DNA of 64,000 bases from Tubiluchus corallicola (taxonomy: Eukaryota > Animalia > Priapulida). Below the pieces are notes generated by a model, which saw nothing but the letters and a program-made list of their open reading frames with translations, ran no database searches and was not told where the DNA came from. Positions 27,440 through 58,800 of this stretch are shown here, piece by piece. The position numbers were made by a program, and so were the translations under genes. The stretch spans positions 248,001 through 312,000 of the forward strand of contig JAQGDQ010000221.1 in assembly GCA_030141605.1 (NCBI GenBank). Direction: 5' to 3'. Numbering within the stretch: position 1 is the stretch's first letter; each line of letters begins with the position of its first letter.

Positions 27440-30400
27440 ATGAAAATTCTGTCGTGGAATATTAACGGTATCCGAACTATAAAACAGCCACTAAATGAGC
27501 TATTGGATAGCTTTAATGCGGACATTATTTGTTTTCAGGAAACTAAAGTTTCAAGTAATGAATATTAAATTTTTTTCTGAAGTGCCTCGCTATGTAAAGT
27601 TACGCTCATTCACCAGTATTCACCTGCTGTTGACTTCATAACTTGTGTTGTTCGTTATTAGTTGAATGCAAACTAGTTTATTTCTTGATTAAATTAGCCG
27701 TCTGTATGTGCCATGTTATTGCGGTTACTTTACAGTGCAGATTGGGGTCAGCTGGTCGTACTTATTAGTTGTGGCAAAGAATGTAATATCCGCCAAGGAC
27801 TTAAGTAGTAGTAACTTTATTGACAAACAAAATTTTAGCATATGCAAATTGGTGAGAAAACGTAGAACATAATACAGTGAACAACGTTGTTCATTTAAAA
27901 AGGCCTAGCAATGGTTTATTTTTGTTTGTGATGGCTCATCTGATATGGTAAAGACTTGTAATAAAATAAGAATGTCGCTGCCTTGTGTTTATATTTTTAA
28001 AACATTAAAAAAAACCCTCCAAGAAATATATGGATCTGTCATTTATAGGCAGTTACGCCTGCAGTTTTGAACTTTGCATACTGCAAAACTGCAGTATATC
28101 GAGATATTGCGTTGCATTAAATGTCTCCAGCCTGTAGCCAGATTAAGTTTAAAGCAGTTGTTGTTGATAACCTCATTGTTTTGTTTGTTTCATTTATAGC
28201 AAAAAGTGTTGATTTTTTTAATAAATCAAGTGTTATGTGCAGTGCACCAGACTTCTGTTTGAGACATTTATCTGTCTTAGAGGAGAGAACAATTGCTAGA
28301 GCAATATAAGATTAATTTTTTCAGGAGACTTTCTGGATGGTGCTACAGCATTAGTTCCTGGGTACAATTCGTACTTCAGCTTTAGTAAAATTCGTAGTGG
28401 TTACTCAGGAGTTGCTACATTCTGTAAGGATAATGTCACTCCTTGTAGAGCAGAGGCTGGTCTTTCTGGTTACATGGCAAGTGACTCGATGTTGGATGCA
28501 ATTGGTTGTTATGGCAACCTAGCAAACTTCACTGATTATGAACTTAGAGCTTTAGACAGTGAAGGCAGAGCAGTTCTGACTCAACACCAGTTGCGGTAAG
28601 ATAATTACTGATCATTAAACTAGTGACTTAAGTACCACCTCTTAAGGTATGTCTAGGACAGGTTTTCCAAGACTTGTAAAACTTGAAGGCTTTTTATGTA
28701 ATTATTTTTATTTATTCACTTATATAGCTGCTGTTTGTTTCACTGCTGCAACTATAGTTTTTTTTTGGTGTATTAATATTTAAAAAAACAAGTAAACAAA
28801 AACTTCAAGTTTGATAATTAGCTAAATGCTTTAAAATTTATGTAAACTATCACTTTACTCATGAATGTCTCTCTCTCTCCTCTCTTTCCCTCCCTCTCTT
28901 TCTCTCCCTCTGCCTCTATGTCCTGCCTCTGCCTCAGGGATCCTCTCTCTCTCTCATGTTTTTTTATGTTCAACAGTCGAATGATTTCCTTTCATTGGTA
29001 ATTTTACCCCGTGGCACATGCTTTTCCTAGACAAATAAAATTTTTTCAATTAGCCACCTAATAACTACATTTCCATTTATTTACTTATTTCTACTCATAT
29101 ATTTTTACTCATTTCTATTTATTTACTTACTTTTTCTCATTATTTAGTTTGGATGATGGAGAATGCAGACTCTTGGTCATCATTAACATTTATTGTCCTC
29201 GGGCTGATCCGGAAAGGGAAGACAGGAAAACATTTAAGTTGCGATTCTATGAGTTGCTCAGAGTCCGGGCTGAAAGCCTATTGGATAGTGGAATGTAGGT
29301 TTTTTTTATTTGTTTGCTTTATCCTTGTTTGCCTAGTTCTTTATCCATATTTAAGCCCTTCAGGCCTGTGCATTTTCTGCATATGGTAATTTTATGATTT
29401 ACAGTATCACAAATGAGTTGTAAATTGACATTTTTGTCTGTTTTGACGGAAATTTCGCAATAGTCCTTCAATACAGCTAGCTGTGTAGTTGCTATTCAGT
29501 TCATTTTTTAATCAAAATTTAGCTTTATGTTTATTATTACGCCATATGTAAGCTGTAAACAGTTAGTTCACTTGCAAGAATTTTTGTTTACGAAATCTGA
29601 TGCATGAAACTGCTTTGATTAATTGCATTAGGGTAAATCTGCTTAATAATACACAAGCTTATAATGCTTTATCTTTCTTGTCAATAGATGGCACCACATT
29701 ACATTATTACAGCCACCGTTTATCTTAATGGGATTGCCATTACTGAAATCATTATCATTATCGTACTAAAAATTTATGCTAGTGTACCTCATGCATGAGA
29801 ATTGTGTTTTCTTAGATAGCTATACATTCTTTTTAATGCTTTTCACTTTCTTTCAGGCATGTATTGATCGTTGGTGATATGAACACGTCACACAAGCCGA
29901 TAGACCACTGTGATCCTTATGAGGCGAGTCCATTAGATTCTTCATGTTTTATTTGGTGTGGAAATGTACAGTTCAGCCTGTCACAAACTCTGCAACACAT
30001 GATTTTGATTATAAATGCAATTTGCATGCTAACGTCGCCATATTTTACGTTCTGATATGCATATGGCCTGTCTTAATGTACTTTTTGCTTTGCTTTTCCT
30101 TGATATGGTTTCCAATGTCAGGCCATAGAAGTATTTTGCAGAAATGGCTAAAAAACTTTCAAAGACACTGGAATGTTGTATCGTGCTCGAAAATATTTAA
30201 TTCCTGATGTTATACTTTCTCTCCTTACAAACTGACTCTCCAATTTTGTACGGAGTATTGCAGCCTTAGCCTTTTACCTTAATTCACATGATTGATTGTG
30301 AAATTGGTGTGTCAGTCTGGAAAATCTAATTTTGCTAACTCTGTATAATTTTCTCAACTTCTTTTCCCGAATTAACTCTCTTTTCTTGCTACTTTTAAGG

Positions 30401-33400
30401 ACAATGCTTTCAACAACTTTCACCATTAGTTTGTTAACGCCAGCTGTTTGCTCTTAGAGTACTTTCTTGCTGCTGCCTCCCTCAGTTTTGCCCTTGACAT
30501 TTCTTAGTGCGGAGGAGCTGATTATAAATTCATTTTTTCTCATGCTTTTTACCTGTAAAATGATTTCCCCACAAGGTTGCATCGACGCATGGTGATATCT
30601 TTTGTAACGATAAATGTATTGTCAAAATGCACCAGTATCACGATAATGTGAATCATTCATATTTAGCACAAGCTTAACTGTCTGCTTAAAAAACAGTGTG
30701 AAATAACTAGCTGTAGCGTAACAATCAGTGCAGTGAGCACAAGATATATAGGCAGCTTGGCCTTGACACAGGCAGCTAGCCAAAGCCAAGTGATTGAAAG
30801 CGCAGTGTGTTTATAATAATGTATAGTAGGCTAATTACGTTTTTGCTTATAAGTTTGTGAAATGGCTTGCAGCCATGTGAACTAGAAAATGCACCAACAT
30901 ATTTTAAATTAAAAAATATTGAAATGTTTTACTTTTCTGGTGGCTTACAATGCAAATAATACATGAATATGAACAGAAGTCAAACAGGTTGCTGAATTAT
31001 TTTAGCACTTACCAATTTTAAAATTGTTTGAAAAATCTTATATATACATATAATATGCCATCAGCTTAGTCTAGGTTTTTTATAAAAGCCTGGAAACGTT
31101 AACTCAATGTGTATCGTGATACGTATCATATAGTGAGGTTAGTATTGCGATAAGGTGTATCGTTACAGCTCTAGTTGTTTCCTTGTTGATTACAAGCTTA
31201 TTTGCTTCAAAGAACTCAACAAACACCTCATGTCGCTAGCAAATAATTTATAAGAATTTTGTTTTTCTGGACTTTGTTCATTTTCGTTTATTAACCTAAT
31301 AAATTAACACATTGCCTTGAGTGGCCAGTGGTCCTGTTTGGAGCAATTTCTATAGGCTGTGGTCAGGTCATAGTTTGTTCGTGATATTGTTAGGAATTTT
31401 TTTCTATACTTTACAGTGTAAATTATTCTTGTGTGGCTTTTAGTAGTAAAATTCGTAATAACCCTGTAATGATGAGAATAGTCACAATATGTAAGCTCTG
31501 AACTGTCAGTAAGATTTGCAATACGTATTTCTGTCTTATTCAGGGAGTAATGTAACTTGCCTGTTTGGGCAATGTAGACCTAATTTTTAGGTATGTGTAA
31601 ATGTTAAGCTAATGTTAGTGACAATGCTCTGCGGTTGTAAGAAAGCAAAAAGAAACATTTTTTGAAAATTTTTGGGTTACGCCTTTTTCCACTTAACCAC
31701 TTAATAAATGTTGTCCTGCTAAGAAATAGCAGTACTCCCGAAATAACCATCATCCTTGTAATAAATTGTTACATTACACCAACAGCACTAGTTGCTTTAT
31801 ATGTTTTTATCTCTTGTGTGGAAAACGTTTTAATGGACCCTTTCCAAAAATGGGGCCCAAGTTGTCAGTCCTGTCAGGTGTCGTTGTTGTTGTAGGTGCC
31901 GTCGTCGTCGTTATTGTAGACACGATAAAAAGTCAGACCACAGCTGTGGATGCTTTGCAGGAATGCGTCCAACCTATCTATGATAGATTTTTGTTTGTGG
32001 TATACGTGAAAGATACACTAAAGAAACAAAGATCAAAGTATGAACCTAGGATTTGTTTTTTTCCTCCCAAATTAATACATTTATGTTAGATTGCCTACAT
32101 TTGAATCGAATTTTTACTTTTTTTAGGAGTTTGGTAGCCGTCCAGACAGGAAATGGTTTGATGACTTTCTTGACAATAGTAGCAGCGCTGCAGGTACACC
32201 TCATGGACACAAGTTCATTGACAGTTATCGATACTTTCATCCAACTCAAGATGGAGCTTTCACCTGTTGGAGGACGACCACCGGAGCAAGACTCACTAAC
32301 TACGGCACGCGCATCGACTACATCATCGGAGATCGAAGACTTGTGGAGACATCGTTTCTAGATTCTGTATTGATGCAAGATGTGGAGGGATCTGACCATT
32401 GTCCAGTTGTGTGTGACATAAATTGCAAAGTGATTGCATCCACAACACTTCCTAGTCTGTGCACGAAACTGAGTGCTAAATTTGTCGGTAAACAGCAAAA
32501 GTTAACCGACTTATTTAGCATGGGATCTAATGCTATTTCAATAGTTGATGCAGCTTCCAACTGTGATAATTTGTCAACTGTAAATAGTAGTAATTTTGAA
32601 CTAATGCTTTCAAAATCAGGCAATGATAACCGAGCCCCTAAAAAGGCCGGTTCTAATTTGGGTAAGTTGAAGTCAAAGTGTCAGAAACGTAAACAAACAA
32701 AGCAACACTCTTTGCTTTCTTTCTTTGGCAGAAGTGAACAGTCTGACTTAGCTCAATGTGCAAATTGTAGTGGTGTAGAACATTTTGCATCATCCAGCAA
32801 TGACTCTCATGCTAAAGAAAGGGTTCTTGATGAGCAGAAAACGTACATAAACCTACCTGTTTCTCAAAACAGCAACTTGTCAGACATTTTAAGCTGTACG
32901 TCTGATTCTGACACTTGTCTTCAAATACCGCCACTCAGTTCTGATTACGAACCGTTGTTAAAATATCCTTACGCTTCTATAGCAAACACACCATCCGGTG
33001 AGGCTGAAATACATGCAGGGGAAACTTCTAATGATCTATTTGTTAATGAAGATGCAGGTTGTGAAAAGGCATTTGATGAGACTAGTACAGGAGGCTCTGC
33101 TAGCGTTCCAACCAGCTTTGTTCAAATGTCAGAAGAAGGGGGAAATTACACAAAAGAAATGTCTGCTGATAAATTTAGTGAGCCTCAGAATAAATTAGTA
33201 GAGTCTCAGAAAGAGTCTTCATTTTGTGGCAGTGACAGTGGCATCTTAGAAAGCGAAACATCTGAACAACTCGGTCATCATTTATTAGATAACTTGCCAA
33301 ATATCTTTCAATTTAATAAGCAATCTCTAACAGCAGAAATGTTACCAGACGATGACATGAGGAATCCCTCTCGGATTAATTCTGGACTTCCTTCTCTAAA

Positions 33401-33614
33401 GACAGATCAGGTTAATCAGTGGAGGTTTTTGCTAAAGGGGCTCCCTCCACCTCCATTGTGTAGAGGCCACAGCGAGGCATGTGTTTTACGCACAGTGAAA
33501 AAACCTGGGCCAAATTTTAACAGACGGTTTTATGTGTGTGCTCGCCCAGAAGGACATAAGACAAACAAGGAAGCGAGATGTAATCACTTCCAGTGGTTGA
33601 ACAAAAAAAGGTGA
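27440..33614 (+). CDS. APEX2: AP endonuclease 2 (EEP nuclease + PIP box + C-terminal Zf-GRF), ~695 aa
   Basis: Exons 27440-27554, 28325-28595, 29148-29294, 29857-29923 (GC donor), 32127-33614, total 2088 nt. Motifs: [54 protein letters not shown]...[24 protein letters not shown] box QHSLLSFF, Zf-[33 protein letters not shown]...RCNHFQW. Confidence 0.96.
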
Positions 33615-35733
33615 CCTGTGGTAAGTTTAGTAACGTCTCACTTGAATGTCTGATTTATACAATTGTAAATAAATGTTGATATTCAATTAGCTAAAGTAAA
33701 GTAAAGTAGCTTTGTTAAATTATTGATTCTATTATAATAATTATTAGACCATCATCAGACGTAAGTAATAATGTAGTAAATATGGAATCCGTTAATAAAA
33801 TTAAATAAGTTAATAAAATAAATTAAATGTTTTTTATATTACTTAATAGTTATTTTTTAACTTGTATCTGACTATGAAATTATAAGCTTTTTGTGATGAA
33901 CTACTTATAATGCTTCTCATATATAAAATATATGGGACAAATGCACCAATTTTCTAAAAAAGCATTAAATTTCCTTTCTTATCATATGAAATAAGAATTA
34001 GCAAGATAATTAATTGAAAATCTGTGTGAAGACTTCCGTCAGAATTGCTTCTCCATCTAATTATTCTTAGTAAATTTTTTCTGTCTTGTAAATTATTTTA
34101 ACACTTAATGAAAAGAGTTTGCTAGAAATTTCCATATTGGTTATTATCTCATGCGTGTCTGCTGCTAGTTCATTGCAGGTGTCATCTTATTTGTTTAGTT
34201 TAGGTAGATGTTGCCTGCTTTAGCAGCCTGTCACAAGTACTATTCGTTTCTCTTTTAAGTCTTGTATTTTCATATAACACTTAACATATTTGCATTTTTT
34301 CTTTTCGCAACCAGTTTCTGCAGCTTCCTTCATGAATCAATACTTTTTCTCTCCAGCTTTTTTCCTTCTTTGATTTCGAGGTAATAACACAAATCTCTGG
34401 CTGCACCTGGCTTCTCAAGTGAAGCCATAACTCTCTCATCAAGCGACAGAGGTCGCTGCACCATGCTGACATGATTAGCTAAACATATCGTCTGCTAGCT
34501 GCTAATCCATTGACAGTTATTAATAACGGTTGCTAATTAATTGTCCTGACAATGTTCATGGTTGCATCCTCAATTTACCTGTGGGAGGAGAGACATTAGC
34601 AGGTACTGTAATTATCAGTGCAGCTGCATAATGTGTACATGAAGCGACAGCTGTAATTATTCTTCCAAGCTTGTGACAGGGATTGGCCATTTTGTTGGTC
34701 AACGTTTTCATTTCTTGTGCTTTGATTTGGGCTAAATATTTTGAGAATGTGTCTGTGTTAAAAAAGCCGTGAAATTTGGACTAACGGAACTCATCATAGC
34801 AATCGTATCAACTTGGGAAATCATCCTTCATATTTGTGTCGGAAAATTATAGTGGTCGTCCAAAAGTGTTGACTGTGCGTTTTCATCAGTCTGTTCATTT
34901 ATTTGAGTCTATGTACTACTGTGCAAAACGCATAGTGTGCTCTGCACAAAGTTATCTTAAGATTAAGTGTGGGATGAGCGAAATTGTTCGTGAGATTGTT
35001 CTTAGAAGTGAAAAAACTGTGTTTTAAATATTTTAATTTCTGCACCTGCTTGAATAATAAAAATATTTTTATGGAAATGTTCCATTTTACAATATCACAA
35101 GAAAAGTCGAACTTTTTTATTGTATAAATCCGATGTGAGTAAATTTAATAGTTACAATTTCATTAATAATGCAAGCAATAATCTTTACACACGTTAAGCG
35201 AAGTCTTGTATCTCTTCCCATTAGTGCAAATATTTGAAATTGTTGAAAAAGTCTCTCTTCTATTTAAAAGAGTCTTTAAAATGAGAAAATAAGTGCTCAG
35301 TGCGGCTATACACATAATTTATCTTTATCTAGCATGTTTTTAAGAATGATTAATGTGCTTTAGATTTTTCTATTCTTACCCTTTAGTGCCTTTGCGTGGT
35401 CATAGTTTTGAGAATGAACTAAATCACTCCTAGGTGTTGTGTTTCAATTCCTTTTGTGCAAATCACCGGCATTTATCGCAGCAAACGAAAAATTTGAAAG
35501 AATCGGTCTAATTGTGTAAAAGCAGATGCATTTTGCTGTCCGTAAAAGTGCTAAAACAATATGGTGGAGAAAAGTAGTTCGGTTTTTGCTACTTTTTGCA
35601 CTGATAAACCATCAACGATTTCGGGGTTTTCTGTAATCATGTGCGCTAGAAATTAACAAACCATTGCAGTTTTTTTCTGAACAACTGTTAACCTGCAGTT
35701 AATGAATTGAAGAAAGGGGAGTGCTGATAAATT

Positions 35734-35805
35734 GCGTGCCAATTGGGACTTGAATCCGAGACCTTGGGATTAGAACTCCCATGCTCTGCCCCTGTGCTAC
35801 AAGCT
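35734..35805 (-). pseudogene. tRNA-like (Arg-TCT-like) SINE head / pseudo-tRNA
   Basis: Minus strand TAGCACAGGGGCAGAGCA-TGGGAG TTCTAA TCCCA-AGGTCTCGGATTCAAGTCCC, with a broken acceptor stem. Another decayed tRNA-like head lies at ~15833-15900 (+). Confidence 0.5.
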
Positions 35806-35853
35806 CAGTTTGACTCAGCAGGCCTTGTCGCTTGCAGGCTAATTTTTGCAACA

Positions 35854-54086
<18,233 letters not shown>

Positions 54087-54793
54087 TTCATTTTTACTAT
54101 TAGTAATAAAAAATTATTGTAGTACTAAAATATTATAAGAGTATTAAGTAGTTTGGATGTATGAGTATTCATTATTTACATAAGCTTTAACAAGAAATGT
54201 GAAAATTGCAAATTAGATTTCAAGCAATTTGGTAACTACTAACTACATGTAATGTGCATTTTTAGTTTTCATACAGAGAACTATTTTAAGTGTTTGCCAT
54301 AAGGTACAATTCATAATAATCAGCCTTTGTTATTATTAAAATGATTTTATCTTAATTGCAAGTTGAATTTTGTTTATCATGTAATTGATGAATTAAATTG
54401 TTCTAACATTGTGATCTGCCAGCATTGAACTCAAGTAATCTTACTTGCAACGGTGAATGCTTAAAATACGCGCCCACTCTGACATGAACACTTTCTCTTC
54501 GCCCTACCAATTTTCCTAATGAAGCCCTGCATTACATGTTTCGTGTGTAACATGAAATTACCGTTACCCTGTGTACCCTGTACTGCGCTTGAGGTATGTA
54601 GAAATGTGTCACCTGGCAGGCGTAGTGTCTTCAAACTGTCCATTCAGTCTGGTCCACCAGGTGCACAACTCAAAGAGTCTGCACAGAGCGAGTTTTTTTC
54701 CATCCAAGTAACCCTCATCACTGAAGTCATTCTGTTCATACGAGAAAAATGAAGAAAAGTATAATAAGAAGATAATGCACACACACACGCACG

Positions 54794-55129
<336 letters not shown>

Positions 55130-55483
55130 ATCAAAATAAGTGAAGCGAAGAAAAGCAGTAAAAAGCTAAAGATCACTTACAAGAAAGCATTATTAAAAGC
55201 AACGAGTATGGCCCAATAAATTTGGGAAAAATTGGAAACACTTTTAAATACAACTTTTAGGTGTTGATCTTGCAAATTCGGAAATTTGTGTGTTACATTA
55301 AAATATGAAAATTTAACAATCAATTGTTTTGATATATTAGTTGATAATTTATCAAAATCTCTTGAGACAGGATGAATAGCGAAGTGGTCACGTGGTTTCC
55401 ACTAAAGGCCTTGACTGCCTAAGCGATTAGAGACTATGCTTGCTTTGTAACAGCAACAGTACTTTTCTTTGCTTCACTTATTT

Positions 55484-55515
55484 AGAGAGAGAGGAAGAGA
55501 GAGAAAGAGAGAGAG

Positions 55516-55566
<51 letters not shown>
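55484..55566. repeat. (GA)n microsatellite
   Basis: Direct read. Confidence 0.97.
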
Positions 55567-55568
<2 letters not shown>

Positions 55569-55898
55569 CTTGATTTACTTCTTTATTTCAAAATTTTTAC
55601 ATAAAATGTCTAATTATTAATGCTTTTATTTGTATAGATGAGGTGAGACTAAAACAAAAAAAACCTAAAATCTATAATGCACTGTAAATATGCGCCTACT
55701 GCTCATTTTAGTATGAAATGCATTAAAATGTAAATGGCAAATCAGGAGCCGTGAATTCAAGTCAATCGTAAACTTATTTGCTGACCGTCTAATTTAAAAA
55801 TGGCTTTACCATCTGAATGATCTTCCGTTTTTTATCAACACAGTTCAATAAAACTCCTTAGTCTGTGACCCATTTCAATAATACATTATATAAACTTC

Positions 55899-58800
55899 TT
55901 AATCCACTGTTTCATATAAGCTTTCTTCAGTTTCTTCATAGTCAGCCTCTTTTTGGGTACCAGCATGAAAGTTACTGCTCCTCACTGAAGAACCTAACGT
56001 TACAGGAGCGACCATTCCACAATCAGACATCTCATTTGCGTCAAACCCAGTTTTCACGTCTGAGTCGTAAATATCATTTTCAATCATGGCCTCTCCCTGC
56101 TCTTTCTCTGTACCATCTTGGCGTTTTTCGCTGACATCATCTACTTTCTTGCTAACTCCATTGTAGACATCATTTTCTACCATAGAATTGTCATCTACTT
56201 CATTGTTAACTCCATTGTAGACGTCATTTTCTATCACAGCATTGTCATACTCAAGTGCAATATTAGTTTTGTCTTTCGTAGCATTGTATATATCATTCTC
56301 TACCATTACAGGTTTGTGGTTGAAAGTTTCTGCAGCCAGTGCACTGCCATCAAACTGAATATTATTATTGTCCCCTGTTGAATAAATTTCGTTTTTGATC
56401 ATTGCAGTCTCATAATGTAATGCGCTGATCTGGTTGATAGTATTCCCATTTGATCCTTGCTTATCCATCTGGGTTAATTCCTGAGAATAGGAAGAATTTG
56501 TGACTTCCTGCATCCTGTTAAAGACAATTCAAAGAAGTGAACAGCTTGCAAAAATCGATTTGTTAGAAAGGCAGCGAAATTTGACAAAGTGGTTGTTAAA
56601 AGTACCTAAGAAAAAAGTTTTTTATGCAAAAATGAGAGCCTAAATATTATGTATGTTGCCATTTTTAGAGAAGCTAAGAGAGAATACTCCCAACACTTTG
56701 AATAAGTTGCTTAAATTATTACCTACCAATCATCCAACATATTTTCTTACTTATCTGCTTACCTGCCTGCCTGCTTTCTTGCGTGCGCCTACCGGCCAGC
56801 CTCTTGCTTCCCTGCTGCCCTGTCTGTCGCTTATCAGCCTGCCTATCTACTTACCTTCCTACTCACATATTGATTGACATATTTATCTACTAACCGCCTG
56901 ACTCACCTACCTTCCAACTTGTTTTTGTACCTAGAGACTGACAATCGTAATTCATTTACCTACAGTGCCACCTTTGTACTCATTTCCTCTTACACGTACC
57001 TATTTAGTAAAATTAATTCGAATGAATAAAAGAACGCACCAAGCACTTCTGTAATGCGCAGAAATCCGAGCAAAGATGGAAGTAACTGCCATCAAAGAAC
57101 AAGATGCTATGATAACCAACACTGTAACCAGAAAATGGCAACGTTTATGTTAGATTTCATAATTTCATTTGTAATAAACAATTTACATTATCGAATGCGA
57201 ATACATTAGTATGCGAATTTTTGTTGAGAAGAAAATTGTCCAAATAACCTGAGAGACAGAGGATTATGTGTTGGACGAATATAATATTAAACAGTCTGAA
57301 TTTATTGATTGACTGACTGAATGAATGAATGAAATGTGTGAGTGAATGAATGAATAAACGAATGAATGAACGAAAAACCTAAATAAGTAAATGCACTTGC
57401 ATTGGTTCAGTGGCAAGCTGTAAGATTCCGCATATCTGCCCTGCTCTGACGGCATGTTTCTTGCCGAGAACACTGTTGTTCCGGACAGTGGTGACAATGT
57501 CACTGATGATGCTGAAGTTTTTGCGAATAATGTTGCTGTTTTAGACGTGGTTACTTCAGATGTACTTGCTGACATTGTTACTGACGATGTCGCAGGTTCT
57601 ACCATTATGCTGCTTTTTGTAGTTTGAAGTGCTGCTGTTGGTTTAGTGGTAGGAGGCTGTTCATCTGCAAGAGTATAATTATTACTTTCATTATTATCCT
57701 TAGAAGCACATCGTCATCATTCATTATCGCCATCGTTGTCATTATCATTATCTTCTCACCAACAGACTGTCAACAGTGTTATTGTCACATCAATGTTTAT
57801 TATTATTAATCTCGCTGATGTCGTGACAAATGTAACAGAATACACCGAATAACTCTGTTTACCAGAAGCATGCACCATCTACAGCATTACTTTTAACATA
57901 ATTGTCATTAGTAGCTAAAGTTTTAAGTTTCCTAAAATTGCAATCCACTTTGCCTAGCTAATTTTAAGTAACAAAACTAATTTTAAACTTTATGCTACAT
58001 ATTAATGGTATTTGTGTTGTGTTTTTACTCACCAAAAACATAAAATTGAAATCCAGTAGCAACGGATCTTTTGTCAGTATGAAACGTCACTGAGACAAAA
58101 TGAGTATGGCGCAGCTGCTTTTCAGATTTTAATTCCTTCCCACAAAACGTATCACCGCCTATATTTACGTAATCGTCACATAACGTGTCCCAAACAAGGA
58201 AACGTCCTCTGGCCTCTAAGGAAAATTCAACGACTTCCACAACAATCAGATTACCGTAGATGATCCAAGTGCAGTCTAAAGAAGCGCCATAAGGATCGGG
58301 ATAATCTTGGCTCTGCACGTAAAAGCCATTGGTGAAACCATTGTTCAGGTCAATGCGCAATGTTTCACCATTAATTGTGCCATTGCACTCAGAGACTGGT
58401 GGAATGTTATCACTGAATCTACCAATAATATCTGAAAATAAAATCAAAAGTTGGGTAACTTTTAAAAAGCAACCCATAAGTTTTAATAGAGGCTCAAACA
58501 GACCCAAGTACTTCAACTAGCAGGTTTAAGCGTTCTAAAAAAATATAACTTTATTTTTACATTTTGTCCACTTCGCATAGCTAAAGTCAAGACAGATCCA
58601 GTTATGTAATCGTTTCAGGGTTTCAATATAGATAAGCTATCAGAAAAAGAACTCCAATAAACCATTAATACCATTACATACATAGTCAGTAATTGCCAAG
58701 ATGTCAATTGACATTAATTCTGACAATTTTCGCAATTACGTCACCATTGGTACATCAAGTCTTACCTGTTTACAAAAAAAACTGTAATATTGTTTAGCAG

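Noticed and set aside
33725-33760. Minus-strand CTGATGA motif in the APEX2 3' region as a hammerhead
   Set aside because: No GAAA box or stem I partner.
35743-35853. N-terminal extension of the NMDAR ORF from TTG at 35743
   Set aside because: Non-ATG start inside a tRNA-like repeat. The ATG at 35854 gives a plausible signal peptide.
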